Shown here piece after piece: positions 34,701-47,700 of a DNA stretch of 64,000 bases (position 1 is its first letter; every line of letters begins with the position of its first letter). The position numbers and the translations under genes were made by a program. The DNA lies in contig JBHGNT010000004.1 of assembly GCA_043228905.1 (NCBI GenBank), positions 14,446,001 through 14,510,000 on the forward strand, given 5' to 3'. The stretch comes from Azolla caroliniana (taxonomy: Eukaryota; Plantae; Polypodiophyta). The notes below the pieces were generated by a model, which saw only the letters and a list, made by a program, of their open reading frames with translations, was not told the DNA's origin and did no database searches.

Positions 34701-37700
34701 ACACATGAGAAAGAATAAAAAGTCTGTAGCTGATGTCTGAATGAATACTATTCACACTTTCAATAGTAGTGGGAAAGTTCTTTGGAAGTTTCAGACATTA
34801 TGAGATACCACATTGATATACTATTCTCATATCCTAGCTCTATATTTTCATCTGAAAATTTATTAATCAATAATGTATTCCTTGATTTAAGTTAGATTGT
34901 AATAAGGACTCAATAATGGATCATACTAACGATGAACAAAAGAATAAGAGATTAAGGAGAATAATAGTTTAAGGATGCTTAACCACACTGACTACCCCCA
35001 AGCGAAGGACATGAGATAAACATAAAATACCATCGATATCCCGTACCACCAAATATTACCTTCTGCTATACCTTGGTTGTTGAATAACAGGTCTGAAGAA
35101 GAGATATTAACCTCAACAATAGAGTCTCGACAACGTCTCAAGATGTCTTGATGTAGGGGTTAGCGAATCCCCTTTATATAGCTCAACAACTAAGGCTCCC
35201 GGTACATATAGGTTCTTCTCAGTTCCTGGGGTAACTGATACTGCCTATCCAACCCTTAACCTATTAAAATTAGCTATACACTGGGTTCATAAGCTGATTT
35301 CTATAACATACTCCTCATTTCCAAAACATTACACTTGCAATGACAAAACAAAATCAGGGAAGGAAGACTTAAGAACTTGCTCTTTATACCATGTGGCATC
35401 ACTTCTAGTTTGATCCAATCAACTAATTTTGAATTCTCAGATTCATTTTAAATGTTTAGTTTGAGAATCAAGTTTTTTGTTTGGCAAATGAGTTTACAAG
35501 ATAAATCCTCATGAGTTACCAAATCTTTCATGGTTACTATGCTGTTGGAACAAATAAGTTCTTTGAGGCGACTAACATGGAAAACAGGAAGAACATTGGC
35601 ACCATCAGGAAGATCAAGAAAATATGCAGATTGTTGGCATAAAAGGCCGACTCTACTCATTTGTATCTACACTGTGAACACACGAACCAGTTAGGGCTTG
35701 ACTATATATGCCCAATTGATATATTGTAAAAAAGAGAGTTTTTTCAGAGAGAATAATACAGTCTTCCATTAGAGCTTAACAGTGTGCTTCTTGTTTCTTT
35801 CTTCCTGCCTACCGCGCATAATCTGTTTCTCTAGTTTATCTATGTTTACTTGACACTAACTACAGGTCCTCAACATTCTTCCGTTGCGCAACATCTCATA
35901 TTTCCAACACAGTTGAACAAATACACGTTAGGACTGTGAAAGGTCCACAACAGTGTGCAGCTCATTTAGCACACTTACCCGTCGATAAAGTTTTGGAATT
36001 AGGAGTTTCATGCAAGAAGTAATTTTGACTAGGCCTAAGACCTATTGTGATATCCTAGGATAACCAGTTACTCGACTATCCTACCCTTAACCTCTTAAAA
36101 TTAACTATATTTTGGTTTGTAAGGTTATGCCTACAACAGTCTCCGTCATTACTTGGATGCAAAATCAGAGTTTGGTTCATTTTGTTAAACTGGTTATTGC
36201 AATAAAGAATTGAAAATCTAAGATTTGTGTTAGGTTGTGCATTCTTCAGCTGTTAATTGAGCAAGAACAAAAGTTTATTTTACTTTAACTTAAAGCTTTA
36301 TTTTCTGCCAGATGAGATATCTGGAGTTACTGGCCAGGAGTTGCTAAGCAAAAGCACAATTTATGGAGTGATTGGAGTGATAAATCTTTTAGCAGGTATC
36401 CTCTTGCCCTTTCTTCTTTTTAAGTTTGGTTTCATTATTGATGTGTAAGATTGAGATTGTTATTGCATTTATAAAGAGAATATTTCAGTTGCAGAGAAGT
36501 TCAAACAATAGCTCTGATTACTGAAAAGAAGACTCCTATGAAGGGAAAAAATAGTTCATACAAGGATAGCGATTGAACACAAGAGTTTATGTGGTTTGCT
36601 GAGTCCCACACTATTGTGTTCTTATTTTTGTTGAACTTAAATTATGTTGAGCCTCTCTTTGTGGAAACGTTTAACACTAAATTCCAACCCTGAGAATTTA
36701 ATCATTGCTCTACAATATTTGGTTCCAATCTCATTACAGTTCACATGAACTGCAAAGTTGAGTTTATTACTGTATCCTTGTAACTTGAATTGATTCAATG
36801 AAAGGATGTCCTTCCGTAAATCAGAGAGCACCTTTTCAAAATTGTCTCCACTTTTCATATCGTGTACTTGAAGCCTTTTTAGTATCTATTCAGTATTTGT
36901 TTTTTCCCCATCTTCAATTATGTACTCATAGTTAGCACTTCTAGGCCTATGCGCTTTTTAATTTGCAGATTTGGACCTGCTTTTTACTCTTTTAAGATTT
37001 TCGTACAGGGTCCTATATGCTTGTCATAACTGGGAGGGAGTATGCTGGCTCTTATGGTGGAAGTGCTGTTTATAGGATATCAGAAATGAAATTTCTTTTT
37101 TGTAACTCAGACTTGAAAATGCTTACCAGGCAGGAGGTGGATAAGTAAACCATATTTTTTTTGAAACCAGAACCAGATTGTGCATTACATTGTTTGACCT
37201 CCTTTCCTTCAAATAAATTCCCCATTTTGAACTAATAGAGACAAGATGAAGCCCACTTTTTCAGTCTCCTCAAGCTATTGGAAAAGACTCCAGGCTTGTT
37301 CTTCTCCTATGAAACTGATTTAACTCTCAGGTATACCCATACAAAAGGTACCCAATATCAATTTTTTGTGTCATTTTTTTGCAATTCTGTAATTGTTTAC
37401 ATCATTTCACTATGATGCACAATTACATTACCATTGACGTAGTGTGGTGGTTGCAAGTCTATATCAGAAGTCCTAAAGCATGAATGTATAAAGTCTCCAG
37501 TTAGATAATACTATCTACTAACCAGAATACAGTATATATATCCATATATATACATGTCTAATATTCTTTTTGAGTATATTTTTGCTTATCTTAAGGAGTG
37601 TAAATTCTCATTAAAATGTTTTGATCTTATTAAGGTACATGCATATATGTACATTCAATTGTGTGTAATGTTGAATGTATATATGTATTGTATACACAAC

Positions 37701-40700
37701 AGACTTCTAGATACAGACAGTAGTGATATTTGCATTTCCTTAACACAAGCATATTGGAAACTGGCATGTCTTTTGGTGAATGAACCATGCATTTCAATGT
37801 CAATATTAAAATATTAATTTCATTGGTTTTTAATGCAGTTTGCAAAGAACTGATTCTTTTGCAAGAATAAGAAAATCACAGCCACTTTGGAAACAGGTTA
37901 TTTTTATCAAACCTTCAAGATTTTTGGTAATGTCTCACTTTCCAACATTCATTGCTTACTGATAAATAACATTTTTGTCTTCCAATTCATTCCATATAGG
38001 CTGATCCAAGATTCCTTTGGAACCATTATATCCTGGTGGAGATGATTGAGTGCAAGGTTCTGTAATGTTTTTATTTATTTATTTTTCTTTTGACCTTTCT
38101 ATTTGCTTAATATGCATTGAAAATTTTCTATTCTTTGCAGTTGGAGCCCTATATACTACCTGTTATTCAAGGGAATATCCTTTTTTTCTTACGTCTAATT
38201 ATGCTGTAACGAAGTTGTTGGAAATGTTTCTATTAAGGAATAATGCAAATTCCTTAACAGAAATTAACGCTTTCAAGAAGTGGTAGTACCAGTTAAAGGA
38301 AATCATCTGAACATCACTTTGTTTGCACGTCGATGTAATCGACGTCTAGGTAAGGACAACTATTCAAGCTGAATATTTTTTATAGTTTGGTTCATCAGGG
38401 AATTGAATTTCTACTTTATTATTTTTACAGGAACAAGGATGTGGCGTAGAGGAGCTGATCGCGAGGGTCATACAGCCAATTTTGTTGAGACAGAGCAGAT
38501 ACTGAAGATCGGAGATTATCTGGCTTCTTATGTACAGGTATTACCTTAAAAGTTTTAGTTTTGCATATTAAACAAAACAAGATGAAAAATGATCCCGGGG
38601 GTTATCAGATGGGAATGGTATTGATAATGTGATAACTGTGAATGGTACAAAAAATGTTTTTCTGGTTATCATTGTAACCTCAGCTGGGCATCTGTTTCCA
38701 CACAAGGTATTATGACTGGATGTAACTGATGAAGAGATATAGAAAGAAAGAAAGAAAGAAAGAAAGATATATTGACGTCTTTTAAGAGGCCAAAATGGCC
38801 TATAAGACCAAATAAGAGATTACATCTTAAGTGTTGTCTCGTCTTTGAGAACAAATCAAAATAAAATAAATATTACACAGTAAATATAAAAGTAAATAAC
38901 ATGAAAAGAAAATTAATGAGGGAATCTGGTTTTTGGCACATGTGAGATCCTCAAGTTAGGTATATTGTAGCTTTTGTCTTCGAAAGATCTCTAGCATAGG
39001 TCGATCTAGAATAGAAATGTCTCCAAAGCGAGGGAAGCACCTACAATGGCGGGAGATAATGGCTTTTATCTGTCGATGACAAGGGTGTCGAGGTCGTGGT
39101 CCATGGGGCCGAGGCTTACGTGCATGGCAAATTGCCATTGCCCGATCAATTGTAACCCCTTTGTTATGTCCTGGTCTAAAGCCCATTTGTGTATCCCGGG
39201 GTTGACTTCTAGCATTAGGAGTGATGGGGCTAAAGAAAGTTGTGATTTTTCTTTGTGGATGAGCTTGTGTGGCTGTATTCTTCAACAACTTTTCCCGATG
39301 TCTCTTGAGGTCTAGCAAGAAAAGTCCTAGGCATGGTTGGTCCTCATTTTCCATTACCTTGCGTAGTGGGCCAAAGCCTTGTTTAAAGAGGCAATGGTAT
39401 CTCCCTCTGATTTCATAAAAGACACTACAATGACAAACATAGTGTTCTTCAGACTCCACTCCTTGATGACACAATTGGCAAATTCTCTCTTCTAGAGGTA
39501 GTCGTGTATATCTACCTACCTCAATTTGTAGCTGATGTGATGAAGTTCACAGCTGGCCTATCACACTACGCAGTGCATAGGATAGATGTATGTCCATATA
39601 AGGTGGCCTGATGACAAATCCATCCTCCGATGCATGTAAGAAGTGTGTCTTATAGTGGGCCAGTATTTTGGGGCTGATCCATGTTATCTTGTTTTCCAAG
39701 TTAATAATATCAGTTCGGATCACTTTGTTCTTTTCCACTTTGGTCATATTTAGATGGGGACAGTCCAAGCTATATTGGAACGGGGGTAGTGCATTTATAC
39801 TCATGCCATGTGACTCGAACCATTGCTGCATTTCAGAATACCAACAATGAGTGTCTCCATTTTCAGCCAGTTGTTTTGATGACATAAGTGCCAACCTTGG
39901 GTACCTTCGTTTAGGGAGCTCCCAAAGACATTGGATAAATGTCACTTTAGTTTTATTCATGTTGATTGACAAACCTTTGTCTGTACAAAATAGTTTTAAG
40001 GCATTTAGATGTCTTTGTAGTCCCTCCGGAGAGTCAGAAATCAGCACAATATCATCAGCATATAGTAATATTTGTATAGCTTTGTGATACCTCATCTATA
40101 TAGAGACCAAAGAGTGTGGGGGATAGTGGGCATACTTGCTTCACGCCAATTGTGCTAGCCACCGCCTTTGACAAGCCCTTAGAAGACCACACTTTTCTTG
40201 ACACAGATTCATAGAGTGCATAGATTCCCCATTGCATATCTATAGGAACACCCAAGGCTTCTAGTCGTTGCATAAGCTGAGCACGTGGCACAGTGTCAAA
40301 GGCTTTTCGGAAATCCACAAAGCAACAATAAATCCTCTTATTGTGTGGGCTCTGCCCATAGAGAAAAGATAGAGAAGACGAGAAAGAGACAAGAATGCTT
40401 GAACATTCTACTATTGAGACAATACCAATTGTATAAACTCCAAATACAACCACAAAACTAAAGAACTAGATTTCCTATCAGCCAAACTCATATCTTTCAT
40501 TCACTATTCTACCTTCATCTCTTTCCTCCTTCGACTATTCTTCCCTCTCCCCACTACGAAGACTCTTCTCCCTTCTTGTAGACCTCCTATCCCCCTCCTC
40601 CTATATGGCTAAGAATATGCTCTTATTTATAGACTTTCTATTGCTTTGTTCTTGCTTTATTCTAAAACAAGCTTCTCCATAGGATGCGTTTTTTATTTTT

Positions 40701-41702
40701 ATCACTATTTCTCCTTTGCAATCTAAAATTGAGTAAACAAGCTATTTTTGGAAAGCTCTTGTTGTCAGCTTTTGTACGAATCTTTTCTTTTGATATTTGG
40801 ATATCCGATGGAAGTGTTATGAGCTTTTTTCTCTGCCTAAATATGCATATCCACGCATTGCTTTTTCTACCTTTTTCCTTGCTTGATATCCGTTCAAGTT
40901 CCTTCTTCTGTTAATACTTGATCCTTTCATATTGTTCTTTATTATTAGACCTCTTATCATCCAACATGTTTGCAATAGTCTTTTCTTACGAACAAATACT
41001 GACTTCACATTTAGCCCCCCTCCTTGCTTGTTGAGCGAACCATTTATGGTGAGCCTAAAAAAAGAGAGGAAAAAACTCCTTCGCCTTAATGGTAGGCTAT
41101 AGACAAAGGAATATAAATACTAAAAATATAACAAATTATTGTGTGGGAAAAAACCCCCGTTAAGCGGGAGGGAAAAAATCTCACACTACTAGACACACAC
41201 ACATTGACAATTGCCATCACCATCTTTCTCCTTGTCAACACAAAGAAAGAGGTTACCACAATTATTATGTCTTTATCAACTCTCGGAACACAAGTAGGGC
41301 CATCCGATACATAGTTCTTGATAGAAGTAGGCATGTCAACATATTTGTAAATAGCCCATAATGTGTATTAGTATAAATACACCTAGGGCAAATAATTTAG
41401 ATGTGAGCGTGCATTTTTTGTAACTAGTGTATCAGAGTGTGTAACTAGAGTGAGTAGGAGAGAGAGAGTGTGAGTTGTAACTCTATTGTAACTGTCGCCA
41501 GACGAAGAGGAGCTCAAGGTTGTTGCTTTAGAGTCTCCGGTGTATTTCCTTCTACCATAGTGATATTGTTCGGAGTTTGTGGACTTCCGTGGTTTTTCCC
41601 ATTCAGGGTTTTCCACGTAAAAATTTGTATTTGTACTTTCTATTTCTTGTTGTCTTGATCTTTGTGTTCCTCATTTGCGCGTGTTGACCGGTTGTGACCG
41701 GC

Positions 41703-41770
<68 letters not shown>

Positions 41771-44700
41771 ACATATCCTAGTAGAGGATTTTTGATAGGT
41801 AGGATTTACAATCTTACTCATTACGACATTAGATGTAGGATCAATTCTAATACCACTATCTACTAAGGCATCCTTAATTAAAAGACCTTTAACAGTTACC
41901 AGAATAGTGGGTTGAATATCCTTTCGATCTTTCACTTGCACAATCTTCGCACAATGTAATGTCTTTATACTTTGTTGTATACTCGATACACGTCCCCACT
42001 CATTTTTTAGTGATGGGGAGATTTGAAGAAGTTGTGGCCAAGTAATGTGCCATCCACTAGAGATTAGCTCTTGCTTGAGATCGAATGGTTCCACACATTT
42101 CCCCATAGGCATATCATCAATTTTAATCTTTCTTCGCGAATGTTTCTTTCTAGGTATATCCTCCAAATTAGTCACCTTAGCCTTCTTTTTTTGTTGAGAG
42201 TTACTAGACTCTCCTTCCAACTCTTTTTTTTATGTGATGCACTAGTTGTCTTAATGTGTGCAACATCACGATATTTAGCTATATCATATACAAAGTCAAT
42301 AAGATTTACCTTAGGGGGAATTGTCGGAATTTGCACTAAAGTACTTTCCCCTCCTACCACATGGTTGTTGAGTTGGTGAAATTTGTTAGTTTTGTTTTGA
42401 TTACTTTGAAATTGATACATGCCTTGACCCCAATCACCTTGTCGTCGTGAAGGACATCGTGTATATGTATGTCCCTCAACACCTCATGTGTAGCACACAA
42501 TCACTCTCCTTTGTCTTGGAGAATTACGAGTTTGACTTACATTAAAATTTGCTTGCATGTTTTAGATTTGTCTAGTAATATCATCAAGACGTTGATTTAC
42601 TTGCTCCGAGAAATCCCCTTCTACCTTAGGTTGAGTAGCTTCTTGCATCACCAGAACATTAGGTTGATATGTTGTTGGAGTGGTCATAAAAACATTAGGG
42701 AATACTTGATCTCCATGCACAATTGATGATTGTTGAAGAATAGGAGATTTAAATGCTGCAACATAAGTTGGAACGGAAACAACAGTGGTATGAGGATGAA
42801 GAAGGATGAAGATTTTGCTATTTGGAAAGTTGTAATGGGTGGGAATACGAATTTTATAATATCGCTAAAAGAATTAGAACTATCATCTATTTGATTTTCC
42901 AAACTATTACAAGCCTTCCACTGACAAATTTGTTATAAAAAATGTCCTTGAAACATGCATTCTTAGCAGATGTGCATCTCTTGTGGGTCTTTGTTATGTC
43001 TTTGTTGGGGTGAAATAGCTAATAATAGTTTGAATGTTATATAATATTTTTACTTCATGAATTTTTGTAGATTCGAGGATCTATTCCATTGCTTTGGGAG
43101 CAGATTGTGGATTTGACTTACAAGCCCGAACTCAAGCTAACCAGCATTGAAGAAACGGTCTCCCTCTCCCCCTCTCTTGCATGTGTGTCGGATGGTGTGC
43201 ATGAAAGGAATACGTGCTGAAGATTTGGAATTGGATTCCTTCTTATTGAACTGAACATTCCTTCATAAAAGAACGAAAGATCTTGCATCCATAATTTACT
43301 CATAGAAAAGAGCTTTTTGTTGTTGACCTCCTTAAATTGTTAGAAAAATTATTACACAGAAAAAGAAAAGGTAACAAGCTTAATATGTGAGACGAAATAA
43401 TGTGAACAGAAGTGAGGTTTCAGATCAATATTCAAAAGGGAGGGGCCAAACTACCCATTTTGTAAGAAGGGGATTTGGTCCAGATGGAATGTGAGTGGTT
43501 TAATCCATGAACATGCTTATTGGATGATTCCGTAGTACATCAATGTTGGCAGCAGTGAATCATGCTTGATCCTCGCTAGTCTCCCTGTACTGCGTTCCTC
43601 CTAGCACGTGGAGCCTGTGGAGCTCCTCTCATGGAGAAGATAAGTCCTGTGAACACAAGGCCAAGGTAGGTTAATGAATCCCCAGCTGTATAGGTGGGGG
43701 ATGTAAAATGAAGAACAAAAAATAAAAAATGGGATCTGAAATAAAAACAGAAGTGCTTCTGGTAATCGAAGAAACATATGTAACACTCTTCTTGTGCTCA
43801 ATATTCAGCCTAACCCAGTTTCTATTTTCATTATTTATGATTTTGTGCATCTGTGTAATGGCATGTCCCACTCTGTTGGGCATGTGTGTCCCCATGTGTA
43901 ATGCCCTCAGTAATATTCCCAATATCGAGTATTGATGCTGTTGCAATAATACTCAAACATAGATCTCCGTTGGGCTGTTCTATGTTCCAAATTTGTCCAA
44001 ATCAAACATGGATAGAGAGATTCGGGGGTTCCGGAGCACGCCTAGCAAGTATAGCTATACAACTATTACTATATGCTGATGACATTGTGCTGATTTTTGA
44101 CTCTCCGGAGGGACTACAAAGACATCTAAATGCCTTAAAACTATTTGTACGGACAAAGGTTTTTCAATCAACATGGACAAAACTAAAGTGATGGTGTTTA
44201 ACACCACTCAAGCATGGGTAACAAGATCAGAACCAGAATTCTTCTTGGGAGAGGAAAAGGTGGAATACACACGCTCCTACACATAGCTAGGAGTAACATT
44301 TACAGGACCTAGGTTCTCCTTACAAGAGGCTGGTTGTGCCCGACTTTCTCGTGGATATGCAATCCTTAGTGACATTGGCTTTCAATGTAGAGATACATCT
44401 TTCCACTGCTTCTTGTCCTTTTCTAAAATCCACTTTTATAGCTCCTAACTCAACCTTACTTGAGGATATTTCATCCTTAAGATATTGTGTCATGTCATCC
44501 TTGAGATCTAAATGTGATTTCTTCACATGGCTTATTATGTCTTTCCGTATCTCTTCTAATAACTCAGTCTTGAGAGGGGCATACAACTTTGTTTTCTGTT
44601 TCTCTATCTCCTTTTTCATTTCTTCTTTTAGTGCTATTTCCATATCCTCTCTAATAAGATTGATCTCGTGCGCAATCAAATGGCGTAATAGATCATGTTT

Positions 44701-47700
44701 CCCATTTTCAACATCAAATGGAATGTCGAATGGGGCCTGGGTTCTGGGTGCCTTGTGCACCCTTCTAACGCTATTCGCGGTGCTTCCATCCCGTCCTTTT
44801 CGTCTATGGTATCTTCTTGGGGTCTTCCATGGATCTGGACCCTCGTCGTGCATGTTAAGATTTATATTTTCATTTTCTGTCCATTTAGACTCCATGGCGT
44901 CTTAGGACAGCAGGTACAAGGTATGAAATGCTGAGGGCAGAGGGAACAATATAGATTCTAGGAATTTCTACTGGGCAGAAAACACAGAGGAACAGATTTG
45001 GTATAAAATGCAGGGAATCAGATTTGGCAGAAAACGTAGAGGATCAGGCATTGCAGAAAACATAGAGGACAGACATTGTAGAAAACGCAGAGGATTAGAT
45101 ATTGCAGAGAACACACAGGGCAGACATTGCAGAAAACGCAGAGACAGAGACAGAGCCGAAACCCTAAACGCAGAGTTAGAGACAGAGCCTGAACCCTAAA
45201 CGTAGAGAAGAGATTATTTGTGAGCATGAAAAGAGAAGATAGATAATGGAGAGGGTAGAACTCGAACTGCAATCCTCCAAGAAAACTGTGTCATGGTAGT
45301 TCCACAGGTTTCATGCATTTTGAAATAAGAACAATATGGGGAAATTTAAATATTTACCATGCATGAACTGGAGAGAACCAACCTTCTATAAAGATGCTAA
45401 CATCATTATTTCATGGCCCTAAAAATACTGATATAGCAAGTTCTCATTGTGTGAATCTTAGTGAAAACCAATGTAGAGTGAAGCATGGGAATCCAATGCC
45501 AAGTTGATGTCATCCATACTCAGATTTATTTGTTTTCTCACACATTTTGAGATAATTTTTGTGCACATTAGAGCTACTCCCAGAAAAAGTGACTATTTTA
45601 ATCCTAATGTCCTATATGGACCATTTCTGCACCTCACACTTTTGATCCCAACAGTCTAGACGTCTGATATATGGGCTGTTCCCTGTATTCAACTGTAGAT
45701 GTAGTATCAGCTATAGAATCTTTGCATTTTAGATATTCTCCGTTGTCCTTATGTAGTTTTATACCTGTCTTTCATGACTGTTCTTTCTCTTAAGGTAGCT
45801 TAATTTTTATTGCATACCACTTTCATATTCAGTTTGGGTTGGTTATATGGTTTCTTGTATGCGCTTTTTGAAAATTGTTCCTTCTATGTCTTCTCAGGAT
45901 ACCTTTTGTCTGAGTTTTCATTTTTTTGAGATAACTGTTTAATAGTTATGAACTATTGTTCATGTTAATGCAGCCTGAGGTGATAGAACGCCATTTTCAT
46001 GACCTTATTCAACGATATGGTTCTGTTGTCGTAGTTGATCTGCTGAATCAAGTAATAGTCAAGTACAGTTTCTTAAATCGTTGATGTAAAATACATGTTA
46101 GGTATCAGCTTTCTGATGAATGAGAATGTATTTTGAATTCTTTAATGGTTTTTTAGCATGGGAGTGAAAAGATGCTAAGTTTGGCATATAGTACCGCTGT
46201 CCAGAATATAACTGATCATAGTATAAGGTGTGTATTTTCTTACATTATATTATATAGAGAAAAGAAGATTACCTAAAATTTATCTGGAAGTCTTCTTCTT
46301 GTTATGTAGTTTGCATGGATACGGATCCCACCCATGGTCTCTGTAAAGATATTCTGGCATAGCTCCTCTGATTTTGGACTTTGTGGCTAATTTTTTCAGT
46401 AATGCTGGATTTTGATAAAGAGAATAACAAATAAAAGTATGACCTCGTGTGCAGATACATTCCATTCGATTTCCATAAGATCTGTGGGCACCTGCACTTA
46501 AACCGCTTATCATTTCTGTATGATGAAATCAAGGAGGATTGCACCTGGCAGGGGTAAGAGTGATCATAATAATGTCCATTCAATTGTCAACTGGTATTCA
46601 TGGAGTGGTTGATGTCTGAAACAGCTTCTATTTCGTGCATGCTGATGGACATGTTGAGAAGCAGCGAGGTGTCATCCGAGTAAATTGTATAGATTGTTTA
46701 GACAGAACAAATATTACACAAGTAAGATGTTTGTTTTTTTGATATCTAGATTACTTTCTTTGTGTACATGAGAATGCAACTAAAATACGGCATAATTTCT
46801 ATGAGACTCAAAGTTCTCATCATGTAATGCATATTCTCTGGAGTGTCTAATAAGTTATAAAGCATGGTCAGCCTTTGATAGCACCTTGACCTTGATTCTA
46901 TATTGAATGCAATATAATGGTATGAAATAAACTGTACCTAAATGAGGTTGACCTCACCCAGTAAGAGCATGGAAAAATGCTAAATGAGAGGCAACCTACC
47001 TAGCACAGAACTAAAATTACCCTAGGTTTGGATGGAAGGGAATATGTGAAAACACTCTATAACACTTCCAGACAGACATTTCTCACACATGGGAATCTGT
47101 CGTTTTTACTCTACAGAAAATGAGAAATACAATTGATTGGTCATCTTTGGACTATAAGCCTTACATTCAGTTTATGCGAATCTGTAAAATGTGAACTGAT
47201 CATGACGATTTTGGTCCAAGTAAGAATCAGTGATGAAAAGAAAGAAAGAAAGAAAGAAAGATATATTACATCTTTTAAGAGGCCAAAATGGCCTATAAGA
47301 CCCAACAAGAGATTACATCTTAAGTGTTGTCTCGTCTTGGAGAACAACAAATCAAAAAAATAAGTAAATAATACTCCGTAAATATAAAAGTATATAAGAT
47401 AAAAAGTGACAACGGAATCTGGCCAGGTGCCACTTGAGGAAGGAAGAGCCAATAAAAGGAGAATTCTTTATCACTGCTTTGTGGATTTTCGGAAGGCCTT
47501 TTACCCTATATAACATATATTACTGTATGTAGACATTGTGCTGATTTCTCTCTTCAAAGGGTACTAAGACATCGAGATGCTTTGAAGTCATTTTTTACAA
47601 ACATATTTTTTGGTAAACCTTGATAACATTAATTTAACACCACGCAAGCATGAGTTACAAGGTTAGAACCAGAGTCCTTAGTGGGAGACGAAAAGTTGCC

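Noticed and set aside
44336-44905. 189-aa plus-strand ORF
   Set aside because: Antisense shadow of the Lys/Glu-rich coiled-coil ORF (F/S/I-rich composition).
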